Shown here piece after piece: positions 1 to 14,640 of a stretch of 64,000 nucleotides of DNA. Made by a program: the position numbers and the translations under genes. This DNA comes from Eledone cirrhosa (Eukaryota), in contig OZ024740.1 of assembly GCA_964016885.1 (NCBI GenBank), positions 407,650,001 through 407,714,000 of the forward strand, written 5' to 3'. The notes beneath the pieces were generated by a model. The model ran no database searches and was not told the origin of the DNA. It saw only the letters and a program-made list of their open reading frames with translations. Each line of letters starts with the position of its first letter. Within the stretch, counting starts at the first letter, position 1.

Positions 1-717
1 ACCTCTTTCTATTAAAACTAGCTGTAACTGGCCACTCATACTGATGTTAAGGTATTGTTCTCAAAATAAATAACATCGAAATCTCATAGATTCGATATTA
101 TGAGAGATAAAGCCCTTACAGTGAAAAAATACAATAGTATATTTATAGAGTATTGTAAATGCTAAAGGGTTAAAGTATCATCAACTTCTCATAATTGAAA
201 TATTATCTGGGCCTATAAAAGAAGCCAAGCCATTGGGGGTACAGTTATGACTATTAGTGTATATGCAAGATTGCCATGAAAGATTGTAATATTAAGCATA
301 TAAGAGACTTTAAGATTTTAGTTGTATATTTCCTTGATATGTGTGGTAATTGTTTCTTTTTGCTGTTGAAAGAGATTACATATCCCGATTGAAGTGGAGC
401 CAACCAAGTATGAGAAGCTTAGGTTGTGCAGGAATAATGTGTGGGTAGAGTGAAACTTAGTAACATTTATATATGAGTGTATGTTACAAATGACAGTGAG
501 TATGCCATTATAGTACAGAAAGGAGATGTATCGGAAGCTTAACCCAAACTTTTCAAGTGCCGGTATGCTGGGGAATAGGTAAGTGATATAAGAAAGTATA
601 CTGGTAGTTATTGAAAAGAGAGGGGACTCAAAGGGATTATTCATAACTATTTCCACCAGATGTGAAATGTTGTGAGTGAGAGTGATAGAAAGAAGTAGCT
701 CATTATAATACATATAC

Positions 718-790
<73 letters not shown>

Positions 791-792
<2 letters not shown>

Positions 793-992
793 TAGTTCCA
801 CAACAGTTAGTACACCATTTCCGAGAACAATTTGTTTCACCTCAAATGGATCATTAGCTCGTTCGTTTGAGGTGAAACAAATTGTTCTCGGAAATGGTGT
901 ACTAACTGTTGTGGAACTACTACTACTACTAAACTCGTCCCATGAACTGAGTGCTCTACTACTGCAGATATAACCCACCAGAGTTCTGCCAC
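791..992. mobile_element. Small foldback element between (TA)n tracts, possibly a PLE terminal fragment
   Basis: Perfect 56-bp inverted repeat (791-846 / 866-921, 19-nt loop). The right arm continues about 70 nt before (TA)n resumes. Confidence 0.55.
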
Positions 993-1012
993 TATATATA
1001 TATATATATATA

Positions 1013-1228
1013 TCATCATCATCATCATCATTTTATGTCCATTTTTCCATGCTAGCATGGGTTAGACGAGTTGTCCTGTCATGGGCAATTTTAATTCAGG
1101 TGGCCATGTGTTGCTCATACAGAACTGATTTTGGCTCGGTTTCTGCAATTGGATGCCCTTCCTAATGCCAGCCTCATTTACAGTGAGTACTGGGTGCTTT
1201 TTGTCATGATACCTACATGGCCACTTTA
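1013..1228 (-). mobile_element. RTE-LINE/SINE 3' tail fragment
   Basis: (CAT)n tail plus ccatgctagcatgggttagacg and ggatgcccttcctaa motifs shared with RTE 3' UTRs and SINE tails elsewhere in the window. Confidence 0.7.
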
Positions 1229-3180
1229 TATATATATATAGAGAGAGAGAGTGAGAGAGATTTGGTGGGTTTACTCTGAAGTACACTGATTCAGAAAGAT
1301 GGGAGGAACAATATTGAGACTGATTGCTCAGTTAAGTTGGAAAGATTAGAGGATTTTTCATACAGCAACAATATGTATGAGGTGATGACATTAGTGGGAG
1401 GCTTAGGAATATTTTAGTTTTCTGGGGTAATTTTGCAGGTATTGAAGTAGGGGACTTTTACCTATATGGCTGCATCATAGCTTTAAGTAAACTAGTTGGG
1501 AGATTGTGGAACCACCAAATTAAATCTACCTGCACAATCCATTCCTTTAGGAATAAATAGAAAACTTAGAACACTAAATAACAAACATAGGTCATTTGGA
1601 GTTACTTAACATACATATCTACACATTTACCCTTCTAAATAATACCAATAGCTATTTACCATAAATAATATATAACAAAGTTAGATGATACATTAGCAAA
1701 TATACTTAACACACTGAAATTCAAAATATGCATTTATTCAATTTTTAAAAATACAATTACTAAAAATGACCAAAAATAATGTATTTAAGTAGTATATAAT
1801 AGGTTAAAATATTTTAATAACTTTCACAATAAAAATGGAAACTTTACATCAGATTTAGGGTGCAATCCAAAACAACAAATCTGGTTAGTAAAAGATCATC
1901 TGAAAAGTAAGATATATTTTGATCCATATAATAATGGCTTTGGTGACAAAAGAACTTACTGCAGAGCTTAAAAATTGACTTAGTTTCAAATTTAATATAA
2001 CAATTCTTTATACACATCTAGTTAAAGTTTTAATGTAAAAATACGTATCCATGTATGAATAATATATATGCATATATACATACATAAATACATACATACA
2101 CACATACAAAGAACCCTTCTAAATTGAAAATTAATATGTAATGCTTTCAGCTGTGCAAAAATGATTAATTAAATCTATGGTTGAAGAAAATATGTTCAAA
2201 ATTAAAGTTAAAAGCAATAAAGAGATTAAAGAAATAGTTAGAAGGAAACGTGTGCTGGTTTTGAAGTTAAGAAGGAGAAATGCATGCAGCTAATTTGAGA
2301 AGCTAAATAAAAAAAATATATATCAGTTAAGAGAAAACAAAAGGTGGCCAAGTATTAGTTAAGTCCAATATTAGATTTTTAAAATAAAAATGATTCAATG
2401 GAAACAGATTGAGTTATATTTTTTTAGGGATACTGAAACCTATATGTTTAATTATAAATATTATTTCTACATATTTTAGAAAATAAAATTATTCATTCAT
2501 AGAAGAAAACAGCACCTGTATTTAACTAGAATGAAATATTTTAAATATTTACACTACTTTAATAAAATGCATTTTGTTTACTTTGAATTTATTACAAATG
2601 TATTTTGATTTATATTGAGTTTATTTCAAACATAGTTTAATGAAAGTACCAGTCACACTAGAGTATTGACAGCAAATTATATGACGAAGCATATTTCAAG
2701 TATAGAAAGTATAAAAATAATATTGGAATATAAGGAGCTTGAGGAGAAATCAAGAAAATATACAAAGAATTCAAAGAGAGCTTACATCAAGTTGAATCAA
2801 GGAAATATATTTTCATCAAGCCATTCACATAATATATGATGTAATATAAGGTAATGAAACATGTGTAATATTATTATAAGTATCACACATAATTAAATAT
2901 GATATGGTACCAGCATGAGCCAAGCCCTTTTGGAGACACCCTCTCAACCCTCAATGGAATATCAAAGAGAATATAACAGTTGAAGGGAGAAGGATTGTAC
3001 CTCAGTTCTTTACTGGTACTTTATATTATCAACCTCAAAAAGATGAAAGGCAGTGTTGATATTGGCAGGACTTTTTGAACTCAGAGAATAGAGAATTAGA
3101 ATATACATCATAAAGCATTTTGACTAATGCTCTAACAATTTTTTCAGTTCATCTCTAAAATGTAACATATGCAATGAATG

Positions 3181-3314
<134 letters not shown>

Positions 3315-3558
3315 TTGCGAGGTTTTTTATATGAAATCGTGTGTCGAAACAAATATTGTTATACTTGGGGAGGGTCATATTTGTGTAATATTGCCAGAAT
3401 TAATAACAGAACACACTCACTGTTTGGTTGGTTTTCGCTTCCCGCTTCTGTGTCTTTTATATCGGTAATCTAACTTACTCGGTCCTCAATGTTGCCATTG
3501 ACTGACCGACGGTCAAAAATACAGATACAATATAGACACAAACACATATATATAGTTT

Positions 3559-3600
3559 ATCATAAATCTTTCATTGCACATCTGCAACATCGTCAGTGGT
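3559..3600 (-). ncRNA. Minimal type I hammerhead ribozyme in PLE 3' UTR (inverted arm)
   Basis: Reverse complement ACCA-CUGACGA-U-GUUGCA-GAUG-UGCAAU-GAAA-GAU-UUA-UGAU; one stem I mismatch. Confidence 0.7.
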
Positions 3601-5357
3601 GTTATATTTCCCTCCTGTTGTATTGTATGTCTACGCCATTTTTATTCAGTCTGTCTATATATTTATTTATTTATTTGCTTGTTTGTTTATTTTATTTTGT
3701 CTTCTTTGCGCATGCATTTGCGTGTGTGTATAGCGTTTTGTTTGCTGTGTGATGTGTGGCTAGTGTGTGTTTATGTGCTTGTTGTTATTGCGCTTGTGTA
3801 TGTATTTATTTATTTATTTATTTTATTTTATTTACTTATTTATACTTCTCTTAGGTCAGTGTTGTTTGTTTGGGTGTTGTTGTTATTCCATTCATTCTTT
3901 CTGTTTAGCCTTGGTCTTCTAATTTCTATTTCACTGGCCTCTCTGATTTGCCTATCTGCTGGGTCATTTCTATGTTTAGATATTATTCTAATTTCTATGT
4001 TGTCTATGTTACCGTCATGTTCGTATAGTACTGACCCGTTTTTTCGTCCTTTTAGTTCCCCCCAGTGTTGGTCTATCCTTTCACCTATGCTACGAGCTGT
4101 CTCACCTATGTATGTTGTTGTCATGTTTCTGCAGGTACCCTCTGTACATCTTATGCTATAGACTACGTTTCTAGTTTTACAGTTTATCCGGGGGTTCACC
4201 TTACATATGATACATTTCTTATTCATACAGTGGGTTTTCTTAAAAGGGTAGGTTTTGCTGATCAGGGATTTTATGGTAGTTCCTGGCTTTTCTACCACCT
4301 TTATTTTTAAGTGGGTCTTTCTCAACAGAAATGGAAAGACACATCCAACACTTCATCAACCGCATGCAGTTCTCTGGCTACAACCAAAGAGACAGAGTCA
4401 GAGTATACGAAGGAGCCATGGAGAAGTATAAGACCCTCATAGAACTGGACATGAAAGGAATTTGCCCATTATACAGGAGGAAATCATGGAATAGTTTAGA
4501 TAGGGCTAGACATAAGATAGGGAAGGCTACCTCATGGTACGACAACCAGAGATACCAGAGTGTCATGTTTGTGGACGCTACCCCTGGAGGGAAATTAGCT
4601 AACCAGTGTAGAAACGCCCTGAGAAAGACCCACTTAAAATAAAGGTGGTAGAAAAGCCAGGAACCACCATAAAATTCCTGATCAGCAAAGCCTACCCTTT
4701 TAAGAAAACCCACTGTACCAATAGGAAATGTATCATATGTAAGGTGAACCCCCGGATAAACTGTAAAACTAGAAACGTAGTCTATAGCATAAGATGTACA
4801 GAGGGTACTTGCAGAAACATGACAACAACATACATAGGTGAGACAGCTCGTAGCATAGTTGAAAGGATAGACCAACACTGGGGGGAACTAAAAGGACGAA
4901 AAAACGGGTCAGTACTATACGAACATGCTAGACAACAACATGACGGTAACATAGACAACATAGAAATTAGAATAATATCTAAACATAGAAATGACCCAGC
5001 AGATAGGCAAATCAGAGAGGCCAGTGAAATAGAAATTAGAAGACCAAGACTAAACAGAAAGAATGAATGGAATAACAACAACACCCAAACAAACAACACT
5101 GACCTAAGAGAAGTATAAATAAGTAAATAAAATAAAATAAATAAATAAATAAATACATACACAAGCGCAATAACAACAAGCACATAAACACACACTAGCC
5201 ACACATCACACAGCAAACAAAACACTATACACACACGCAAACGCATGTGCAAAGAAGACAAAATAAAATAAACAAACAAGCAAATAAATAAATAAATATA
5301 TAGACAGACTGAATAAAAATGGCGTAGACATACAATACAACAGGAGGGAAATATAAC

Positions 5358-5399
5358 ACCACTGACGATGTTGCAGATGTGCAACGAAAGATTTATGGT
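5358..5399 (+). ncRNA. Minimal type I hammerhead ribozyme in PLE 3' UTR
   Basis: ACCA-CUGACGA-U-GUUGCA-GAUG-UGCAAC-GAAA-GAU-UUA-UGGU. Intact core, perfect stem I (ACCA/UGGU) and stem II, very short near-palindromic stem III, UUA cleavage triplet. Confidence 0.85.
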
Positions 5400-5600
5400 A
5401 AACTATATATATGTGTTTGTGTCTATATTGTATCTGTATTATTTTTGACCGTCGGTCAGTCAATGGCAACATTGAGGACCGAATAAATTAGATCACCGAT
5501 ATAAAAGACACAGAAGCGAGAAACAAAAACCAACCAAACAGTGAGAGTGTTCTGTTATTAATTCTGGCAATATTACACAAATATGACCCTCCCCAAGTAT

Positions 5601-5726
<126 letters not shown>

Positions 5727-5741
5727 GTGTGTGTATAGAAG

Positions 5742-6070
5742 AATGAAAACAAAATAAAAGTCAGGGATAGGTAGTTAATTAATTCATTTTTTATGATCGT
5801 CTCAGAGGGTTGATTGAACATGGAAGATTGATATATCGACAAGCATGGTAGTGGTTACATTGCTACCTGTTTCTAGACTCAAAATCCCTCATCGATTGCT
5901 GAAAAAGACGTTCAATCAATGAGAGATTTCGAGACTAGAAACAGGTAGTGATGTAACCACTACCATGCTAGTTGATATATCGATCTTCCATGATCAATCA
6001 ATCCTCTGAAACGATTGTAAAAGTATGAACTAATTAACTACCTATCTCTGACTTTTGTTTTGTTTTCATT
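5742..6070. mobile_element. Imperfect foldback element (about 157-bp arms, 14-nt loop)
   Basis: 5742-5898 is the diverged reverse complement of 5913-6070. Shares the ccctctgaaacgatc motif with 8231-8260 and lies next to (TA)n. Confidence 0.65.
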
Positions 6071-6254
6071 GTTATGTACAGTCACATATATATATAAATG
6101 ACTCTGTAAATTGGGCAGATTCATCTTTGGGGAAACCTTACATGGTAGCACCTACCATAAAACTTTAGGACTCAGTGCCTAATCTCACTGAAACCATCTC
6201 TTCAAGGTCACACTGAGTTCTAACAACGTTATGGACCCCACCACAAACAGTCAG

Positions 6255-7345
6255 GCTAAAACATGCATTTGGAGAATCAACTGAAAGTGCCTACCTCCAC
6301 CCCAGATCAGACAGGAGGCTGTTTAGTTTGTCAAGGCTGAAAGCAAAATCCAAAGTCCATCAGATACTCATCAGAGAAATGGTGTTTTAGATGATGCTGC
6401 ACTGGCAGCACACTCTGAGGAGCAAATGCAGCACCTCATGAACAAGCTCTCGAGGGATTGTCAGGAATTCAACCTAACCATTAGTCAGAAGAAAACCAAT
6501 ATACAGGGCCAAAGTGTCAAGCACCCCTCCCCCCACCATCACCATCAACTACTATGAGCTGGAGGTGGTCCACAAATTCATCGACCTTGGCTCCACCATC
6601 ATTGACAACCTCTTCCTGGACCTTGAGATCAGCGGGAGAGTTGGACGAGCAACCTCACATTTGCCAGACTGATGAAGAGAGTCTGGGAGAACAAAACTAA
6701 ATACAAGACATCTGTCCTCAGCACACTACTTTACAGCAGCAAGACATAGAGCCTCTACTCCAGACAAGAGCGGTGTCTCAATGTCTTCCACCTTTGTAGC
6801 CTGAGACGCATTTCGGATATCAAGTGAACTGACTGGGTCACCAACACTGAAGTCCTGAACCACACCTAGATACCCAGCATATACACCCTGCTCAAACAGC
6901 ATATATACCCTGGTTTGGTCACATACATTGTATGCCAGATGAGAAGATCCAAAAGACCTACTTTATGGGGAACTAGCCACCAGCACAAGAGCATGAGGAC
7001 GACCTCATTTTTGTTTCAAAGATGTCAGCAGAAGGAATATGAGGTCAATAGACTTGGACACCCAGAGATGGGAGGAGGTTGCTAATGATCGACCATGATG
7101 GAGATGAGTACTGCACAAGGGGATGGAACAAGGGGAGGGGGAACTGAAACTTGCATCTGAGGAAAAGTCTGCTCAAAAAAAGAACAACACAGTTGCAATG
7201 GAGGAGAGCATCTACAAATGCAGTCGCTGCATACAGCACTGCCATTACCATGTGGGTCTGTAAAGCCACAGCAGACACTGCACTGCCATCAGCAGCTGAC
7301 ACAAAATCCATGGTCTTTTGAGACCAACGGTGCCAATGAAAAATA
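6255..7345 (+). mobile_element. Degenerate RTE/BovB-like LINE 3' fragment
   Basis: Broken frames read YLHPRSDRRLFSLSRLKAKSKVHQILIREM.F.DDAALAAHSEEQMQ...FNLTISQKKTN, then LEVVHKFIDLGSTI and PKDLLYGEL. Many stops and frameshifts. Confidence 0.8.
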
Positions 7346-7657
7346 ATAACACTAATATATATATATATATATAGTGTGTGTGAGTGTGTGTATATATATA
7401 TAAATAATTGTTATTGTTTAATGTCTGTTTTCTCAGGTTGTCATCATTCGAGACTGTTATGCTCCATATTTTGGTATAGTCTCTATGGCTGGATGCCTTT
7501 CTTCATAGTTACTACTTTGCAGAGTCTACTATGTGCATTTCATGATACCATCAGCTCTAGAGAGGTTGACAAGTAATTGACAGTATAAAAGGGCCCTTTC
7601 TATCCTTTGTTGCCTTGGTTCATCATTATTTTACAATTTTACAGGTGGTACTGTGTG

Positions 7658-7783
<126 letters not shown>

Positions 7784-7798
7784 GAATATATACATATA

Positions 7799-8132
7799 CA
7801 TGGCTTAGTGGTTAGAGCATTGGCCTTGCAATCGAAAGGTTGTTGTGAGTTCAATTTTCAGACCGGGTGATGTGTTGTTTCCTTGAGCAAGACACTTTAT
7901 TTCACATTACTCCAGTTTACTCGGCTGTAGAAATGAGATGATAGGGACTGGGGTCCCTATCATTCCACTGCAAAGTGGTCGTGGAGGTGCCACAGCAAAA
8001 AAGCACTCAGCACTCACTGTAAATGAGGTTGGTGTTAGGAAGGGCATCCGGCTGTAGAAATCAAGCCAGAATCAGTTCCCGTCCCACCCTTGCAAGCAGG
8101 GAAAAGCGGACGTAAAATGATGATGATGATGG
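7799..8132 (+). mobile_element. tRNA-derived CORE-like SINE
   Basis: A box (tggcttagtggttagagc), B-box-like (gagttcaattttc), CORE-like ccttgagcaagacactttatttcacattactccagtttac, RTE-type tail ending in (GAT)n. Confidence 0.8.
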
Positions 8133-8379
8133 TATATATACATATATATATATACATATATATATATACATATTACGTATTATATTATTTAACAATGATA
8201 ATAAAGGCAAGTTATTTTACATATTTCATTCATTGTTTTATGATCGTTTCAGAGGGTTGACCATATTGATATAATGACTGATCTATAGCAGTTACAGAAC
8301 TGTATACTATCAGACATAATATGAGTTTGATCATACCGTCTATCACAAAAGATAGACCACATTGAATATATATATAGAC

Positions 8380-8452
<73 letters not shown>

Positions 8453-9539
8453 GTGTAGGGATTATTCAGTAATTTTTTACAATAAACATATACTTAGGAA
8501 ATCCAAAGAGTACAGCTAGTGCTATAGTATCATAGTAGACTTCGGTATAGTAATTAAGATCATTGAAAGTAAACAGCACTTCTGACCACACCAATAAAAC
8601 TGAGCTAAAGAAAACCTCATTGAATGTATAGTAATATTATTATATCACCATATACAGCAAAATGGTTCATTAAGCCCTCTGTGTTTCAGACACTGGCACA
8701 TCACATTGCCAGTGACTTCACACGGACAGTTGATATTTTAGATGGTTCTTTGGCACCCAAATGTGTTTAGCTATCATAAAACAGGATAAATATTTAATCA
8801 TCTCTCACACACTGTTGTGATTGAATCAATTGCTTGACCTTCTCTGATTAGAGATATGTGTCAATGAATGAACAGTTCCACTGACCTTTTCTCAGAAAAT
8901 ATATCTATTTTCAACAGGAAGTGGCATAGTGGGTAGGGGGGTTGGACTTTCAATCGTAATGTCATAGGTTCAATTCTTGGATCAGGTGGTCTGTTGTGTT
9001 CTTGAGTGAAACACTTTATGTTACATTGCTCTAGTTCACTCAGTTAAAATTGAGTTTCAACAGTCACTAGCAATTAACTTTGTGATGGACTGACACAGGA
9101 TATTTATTAATCTAATGAGCCTATGGGCTTGAGACAGACATTACATTTTTTACCTTTATTTTCAACAGCTAGATGAATTGAAACAGTGTAAACTAAAGTA
9201 TCCTGCCAAGAAGTGCAAAAGAACAACAACAAAAACAAACAAATGATAGAGAATATGAATTCATGATCATTTCTATATAACTCTTTGTCAGCAATGAAAA
9301 CATGATATCAAAGTAATGATGAAGATTATTAGATAAAATATTATTTTGATATCAGGCTTTCATTGCTGGTTTTGATTCCATCACAGCATATTGCAACTTG
9401 GCTACAGTCTGTGTAAAGTATGAGATTTGAACTTAATATTTCTTCTCATGTTTTCTGTCTTCTACCAAAAGTAACTTTCACTGGCAGTATATCTCATTTT
9501 ATATCCAGTATTCATCATATCTCCATAACTGCCAGTTGT

Positions 9540-9570
<31 letters not shown>

Positions 9571-12500
9571 TCAGATTATGTCTTTAATATCCAGTCACTC
9601 TCAATTTACTACAAATTATCCAACAGCCAAAAGACTATATCTGGTTCATTTCATACTAGCCTCAGCAGATTTTCCACATTCAATAGCCATGGCTCCCCAC
9701 TGCTCTATCACATTACTTACATATCTCATGCAGGTTATTTTTTGTATAAACCCTTATTTGAAAATATATGTGACATCCTTTCTGACCATACATTCATAAT
9801 TCCCTTCAACTACATCATTAATTAGGTCACCATATAACAAAACCCCATCAACTATGACCTGAGCAGTTCATAGATTTCATTCTTGAGTGCTTCTGTCATT
9901 CATCGTATCTAGACATTTAACAAGTCCTTTTCACTGAGTATTCACTATCAAGTATCAACATGTTCCATCCCTACATTTTAGACAAAAACACTTCCCAGTT
10001 CATACTAAAATCCTTTATTTTTCTGTTACAAATTATACTTTGGTCTTTACTTCATGGACTTTTAAGCTCTTCGGCTGTGAATCATTTCAACAGCTATCTC
10101 TAATGAACCTATAACTCGCTATACCTTCATCTTTGTAATTATTTATTCATCTATGGTCAAGCTAAGTTCTATTGCTGGTTTTTCAAATAGTGCCACACAA
10201 GAAAGACTTTCACTAACCTATTCACATTTCTCATTCCCAACCATTAAAAAATACTCCCACATACGATTTGATACAAAGCAGATAAAAATAATTGTTACAT
10301 TTTGGTCTAATTCTATTTTTTGCCGTTCAAAAACTCGTACAAACAGCTTGGCACCAGCGGTGTTACAACTCATTTTTACAGCTGAGTGAACTGGAGCAAT
10401 ATGAAATAGTGTCTTGCTCAAGGACACAGCACATCACCTGGTCCAGGAATCAAACTCACAACCACTAAGTCTTTACAAATTACAAAAATACAATACTACA
10501 AATATCATAAATATATAATTAAGAGAAGACTGTAGACTATTTTGGCTGCTCAGGTTTAGGATTCATATTGAATTGTATCCATCTTAATCAGAAATTGTAC
10601 TGGCAAGTAAACAACCTTCTCAGTATCATGCTACATCATATTCTAACTGGTATTCAACTTGGAAATCAAAAGTCTAGTAATCTAACACTCATAAAAAAAT
10701 TGTCAGTCTGTTTGACTGTGCCTCTCTCACTCTCCAACACAGACAAATTATATAGAAAACTTGGTGACAATATTGCAGAGAAATTGAAATTTGATACAAG
10801 AAACAGAGTTATTAGAATGTTTTAATTTATATTAGAAAGAAAGAATTTTCCTTTCTGTATAAAAGACAGAGTATATCATATTTATTACAATTATAGAAAT
10901 AAACCTTTCAAAGAACATTCAGTGAAGGAAGAACTAATGTGAAATTAGAGAAGGTGAGAAGATAGGTGACAACTACTAATGACATTAGTAGATTTCAGTC
11001 TGGTTTTAGATTACTTAGAAAATTTAGTTATACCAAGTCCAAAATATGAAGAAGCATTATCATCATTTTAGAAATCATTTTTCATACTGGAATTGGCTGA
11101 ATGAGACATCACAGTCCAAGTCAGTTCTCTTTCAAAGTTATTTCCCTCCTAGATGAGTTACAAGATCATATTTCCCTCACTCATTCTATTTTAGGCATGA
11201 TTTCTACGATTGGTTGCCCTTACTAATACCAAGAACAAGAAACTATTTGTATTTACAATAATTTCTAATTCATAGTAGTTAAATGGAATTTTATAAATTA
11301 GTAGTAACAAGGCTCAATTTTATTTAGACACAAGGAAAATTCTTGAAATTCAATTGATAAATATATTGCTTATTTTTGTGACCCCCAAAAGATTAAAAGG
11401 AAAATCGCACAAAGGAAACTCAACAAAAAGCATCTAGTCAAGTCAAGCACACTTCCATTTGCATCAGAGTAAATACCATATAAATAATAATAATAAAAAC
11501 AATAACATACATGTCAGAAACATGCATAGGGAAAAGAGATTGTGAAATAAATGGAGAGAGAGAGAGTTCATGAGACAAAGACAGAGAAAGAAAAAGGGTA
11601 AGCAACAGAGTGTGAAAAAAGAGGTGTCTTCATTTCTCTGATACCTAGAGTATTTTTTTTTTATATTGAAATATTTTTGCTATCAATTTGACATTGAAAA
11701 ACAAAGAGGAATTCTTTTTTAAAAATGTAACTTGAATATAAAATATTGCATATTTTATCTTTGAACAGTAATTCTACTTCAGTGAAATAAAAAATTTTGT
11801 ATAACAAAATTCTATAAAAACATTAATTCATACTCTCACACACAGACATATTTACATCCATAAATACTGACATTACTATTTAAGTGATAAGATTAATAAC
11901 TGATTTTAAAATGTTAACAATACTAAATAGTATATATTTGTAAAGAACAATTTGTAAGGGGAAAAAATAATGAAAACGTACTAAGAAGAACTGAATTAAT
12001 AATTTTTTCATTAAGGCCATGTGTTATATAATCATTATATAACAAGGATCTATATAACCCTCTCAAATACTTTGTTAGAAATTAATGGGAGGTATGCTTA
12101 ACCTGTTGCTTGGTTTGATACTATTACATGGTTCTTGGGTAAAGTGTTGGAAATGGATTTTATGAACTAGGTGTATGTTGTTTTGTGAAACTGGGATTGG
12201 AATGGAATGAGGTAGATGCCTCACTCTCATGAGAAACTGGAAAGTAGAACACAACTCCCTTGCATACCTCCTCATTTCTATCAATGCTTAGGTGCCTTTA
12301 GCAAATTCCACTCTGTTGCAAGCTGTTGATCAGGTCTCCCTTCCAAAGGGGCATAGATACCGCCTTTCTCTCAATGACTAAACAAGAAGAAAAAACAAAC
12401 AAACCCTGGCTAGGTGGGTTCTGTATAAAATGTGAGAAGAATATATATATATTTTATTTGAAAGATAGAAATAGTATATACAACTGATATAATAATTCAC

Positions 12501-12744
12501 ACATCTACCTCATTAGAAAGGGGCTTGACCAACGTCATTGATTAGTTTTTACTTTAGAAGTGTTGCCAGTAAATTAATGATTGCAAATTAACAATGTTTT
12601 AGCATACATCCCCACATATATATATAATGTGCTACTGGGAATTATGTAAACTAGTACAAACTATTTCAAGCCATTGAAAATTAAGCCAGTATCTAAGGCT
12701 TCATCCTGGTGTATGGAGTGTAGATGGATAACTTGAAAAAATAA

Positions 12745-12930
12745 TAATTGTTTCTACTTTTGGCACAAGACCAGCAATTATCCCATAGTATTACTGGTAC
12801 TTTATTTTATCTACCCGTAAGGATGAAAAGCAAAGTTAACCTTGGCGAGATTTGAACTCAGACCATAAAGAGCTGTAACTCTTTGCTGCAAAGCATGGTG
12901 TTCGACCCTCTATCGATACTGCCAATAATA
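12745..12930 (-). mobile_element. Second tRNA-derived SINE family
   Basis: Contains ggatgaaaagcaaagttaaccttggcgagatttgaactcag (B box on minus strand). Related copies at about 2960-3140, 34755-34940, 45728-45892 and 62570-62790. Confidence 0.7.
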
Positions 12931-14640
12931 CCTATCTATAAGGGCAGATGAACTCAACAAAGAACCAATGGCCATCTATCAACCTACAAACAGAGCAGGG
13001 CCCCATTAATGATTTTAAGTTTAGCATTACTGAATGTCTTAACAACCCTTGCACTCAGTTGTCTCTCTCGGACATACTAACCCTACTTTTGTCTGAGCTA
13101 GGGAAGGCTGGGCAAAGTATGCTCCTTGATAAGTGTGTGACCTAAGGTGAGACTTAACTTAGGTGAAGCTAAGATTATTATCATCTTATCTTAACTATCA
13201 ATCATGTCTCCTATAAAGGCAGGCTGTAGTAACATGTTCTATCTGTTGATGTGCAATGTTAATCCTGTATTGTTTGAAACAACAGATGCTATTCCACTTC
13301 TTTGGCAAGTGACTTGATCTGAGATAGTATGAATCCAAACAATTACATTGTCAAAGAATCATTTTAGCAGCATGGATGCTGTTGCATTCATTGTTCACTT
13401 ATTTCTGTAATCCTTGTGTAGCTTAACATAATTCTCAGCTTCAACTTCAATCATTGTTATGTACCTATTATTGAAAGAACCAGTCTACTATTGTCTAGAG
13501 TGTAATTGTGTTAGTGATCAGGTCACAGATGTGTGTTGACATCAAATCAATCTATCAAGTTCCCATAACTGGTACAGCCAGTCATTGAGGTGTCATTCTA
13601 GACATTTAACTGTTTGTCTATCATGGCATTTCAGTGGGTCATAGAAATGCTTGGCAGTTCCTATATCCTCTCCAAACATCCAGTCTTTCACTAACCTTAG
13701 CCTGATAACAAGAGAAACAGTTCCTGGAGTGTAGCTGAGAAATGTCCCAGAGACAAAAGTGAAAATCAGGTGAAAACCAGTGTGCTTCTTTATCCCTAAG
13801 AATGTTGCTGCCGGACATCAATGTATTCTCTCTACCAGAACACCCTGATTTTGAGATGGTTTCTTTAATCCTTGTGTAGCTTAATGTAATTCTCAGCTTC
13901 AATTATTGTTATTACCTATTACTGAAAGAACCAGTCATATCACACAGAGTCATGCTGATTCAACCTGAGATTTATGTTAAAGCTACGCATGTCTGTGGAA
14001 TACTCAGCTACATTTAATTGCTAATTCAATGACTTCATATGTCATTCTCAATGGAGAATCCATCACACACACACACACATATATGTATGTAAAGACATTT
14101 ACCATATATGTGTATACTGCATTTATTTATGCATAGTTTTGTCTACACACATTTATTCAACCTTTAAAACAAAGTTCCTTAAGCATTATTCTGCAGTAAG
14201 TAAATGTTATTAAGTCCCTACAGGTTATAATAACATATGCAACCAAATATTTCCCTAACAAGAGAAATACTACACCTATATAATTGGGAAGAATATAATT
14301 TGAAAAATGATAATCTTCAATACAAATAAATATTTCTTTCAACAAAATTTATTTTATTTTGCATTTAAACTAAAAAAAAACACATTCATAATCATAACAA
14401 ATTAAAAATATTTCTTGTAATATAATTTGGACAGGGAAAATATTTAAAATGCTAAATTGTTGAATGGATCATTGGTACAACAATATGAATATAGTCATTA
14501 GAGATTATTTAATTAACTAGTAGGCCTCCACAGGAAACTTGTTAGAAATGAATTCAAGAGTGAACCATAGTCCCAGAATAATGCCAAAACTTTTGAAATA
14601 AAAATGTGTTAGATATATCAACTATTCATGCTTATTATAC

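Noticed and set aside
318-803. 161-aa minus-strand ORF
   Set aside because: The N-terminus is (TA)n translation. The rest has at most a faint resemblance to a decayed RT and no convincing motif.
3574-5472. Hydrophobic 'membrane protein-like' ORFs (195 aa, 200 aa; also 39733-40408)
   Set aside because: Antisense readings of the A-rich PLE endonuclease region and 3' UTR.
13408-13937. ~75-bp direct repeat (13408-13486 / 13866-13937) as LTRs
   Set aside because: Short and diverged, with no TG...CA ends, PBS/PPT or coding remnant recognised; probably a local duplication in an old repeat.
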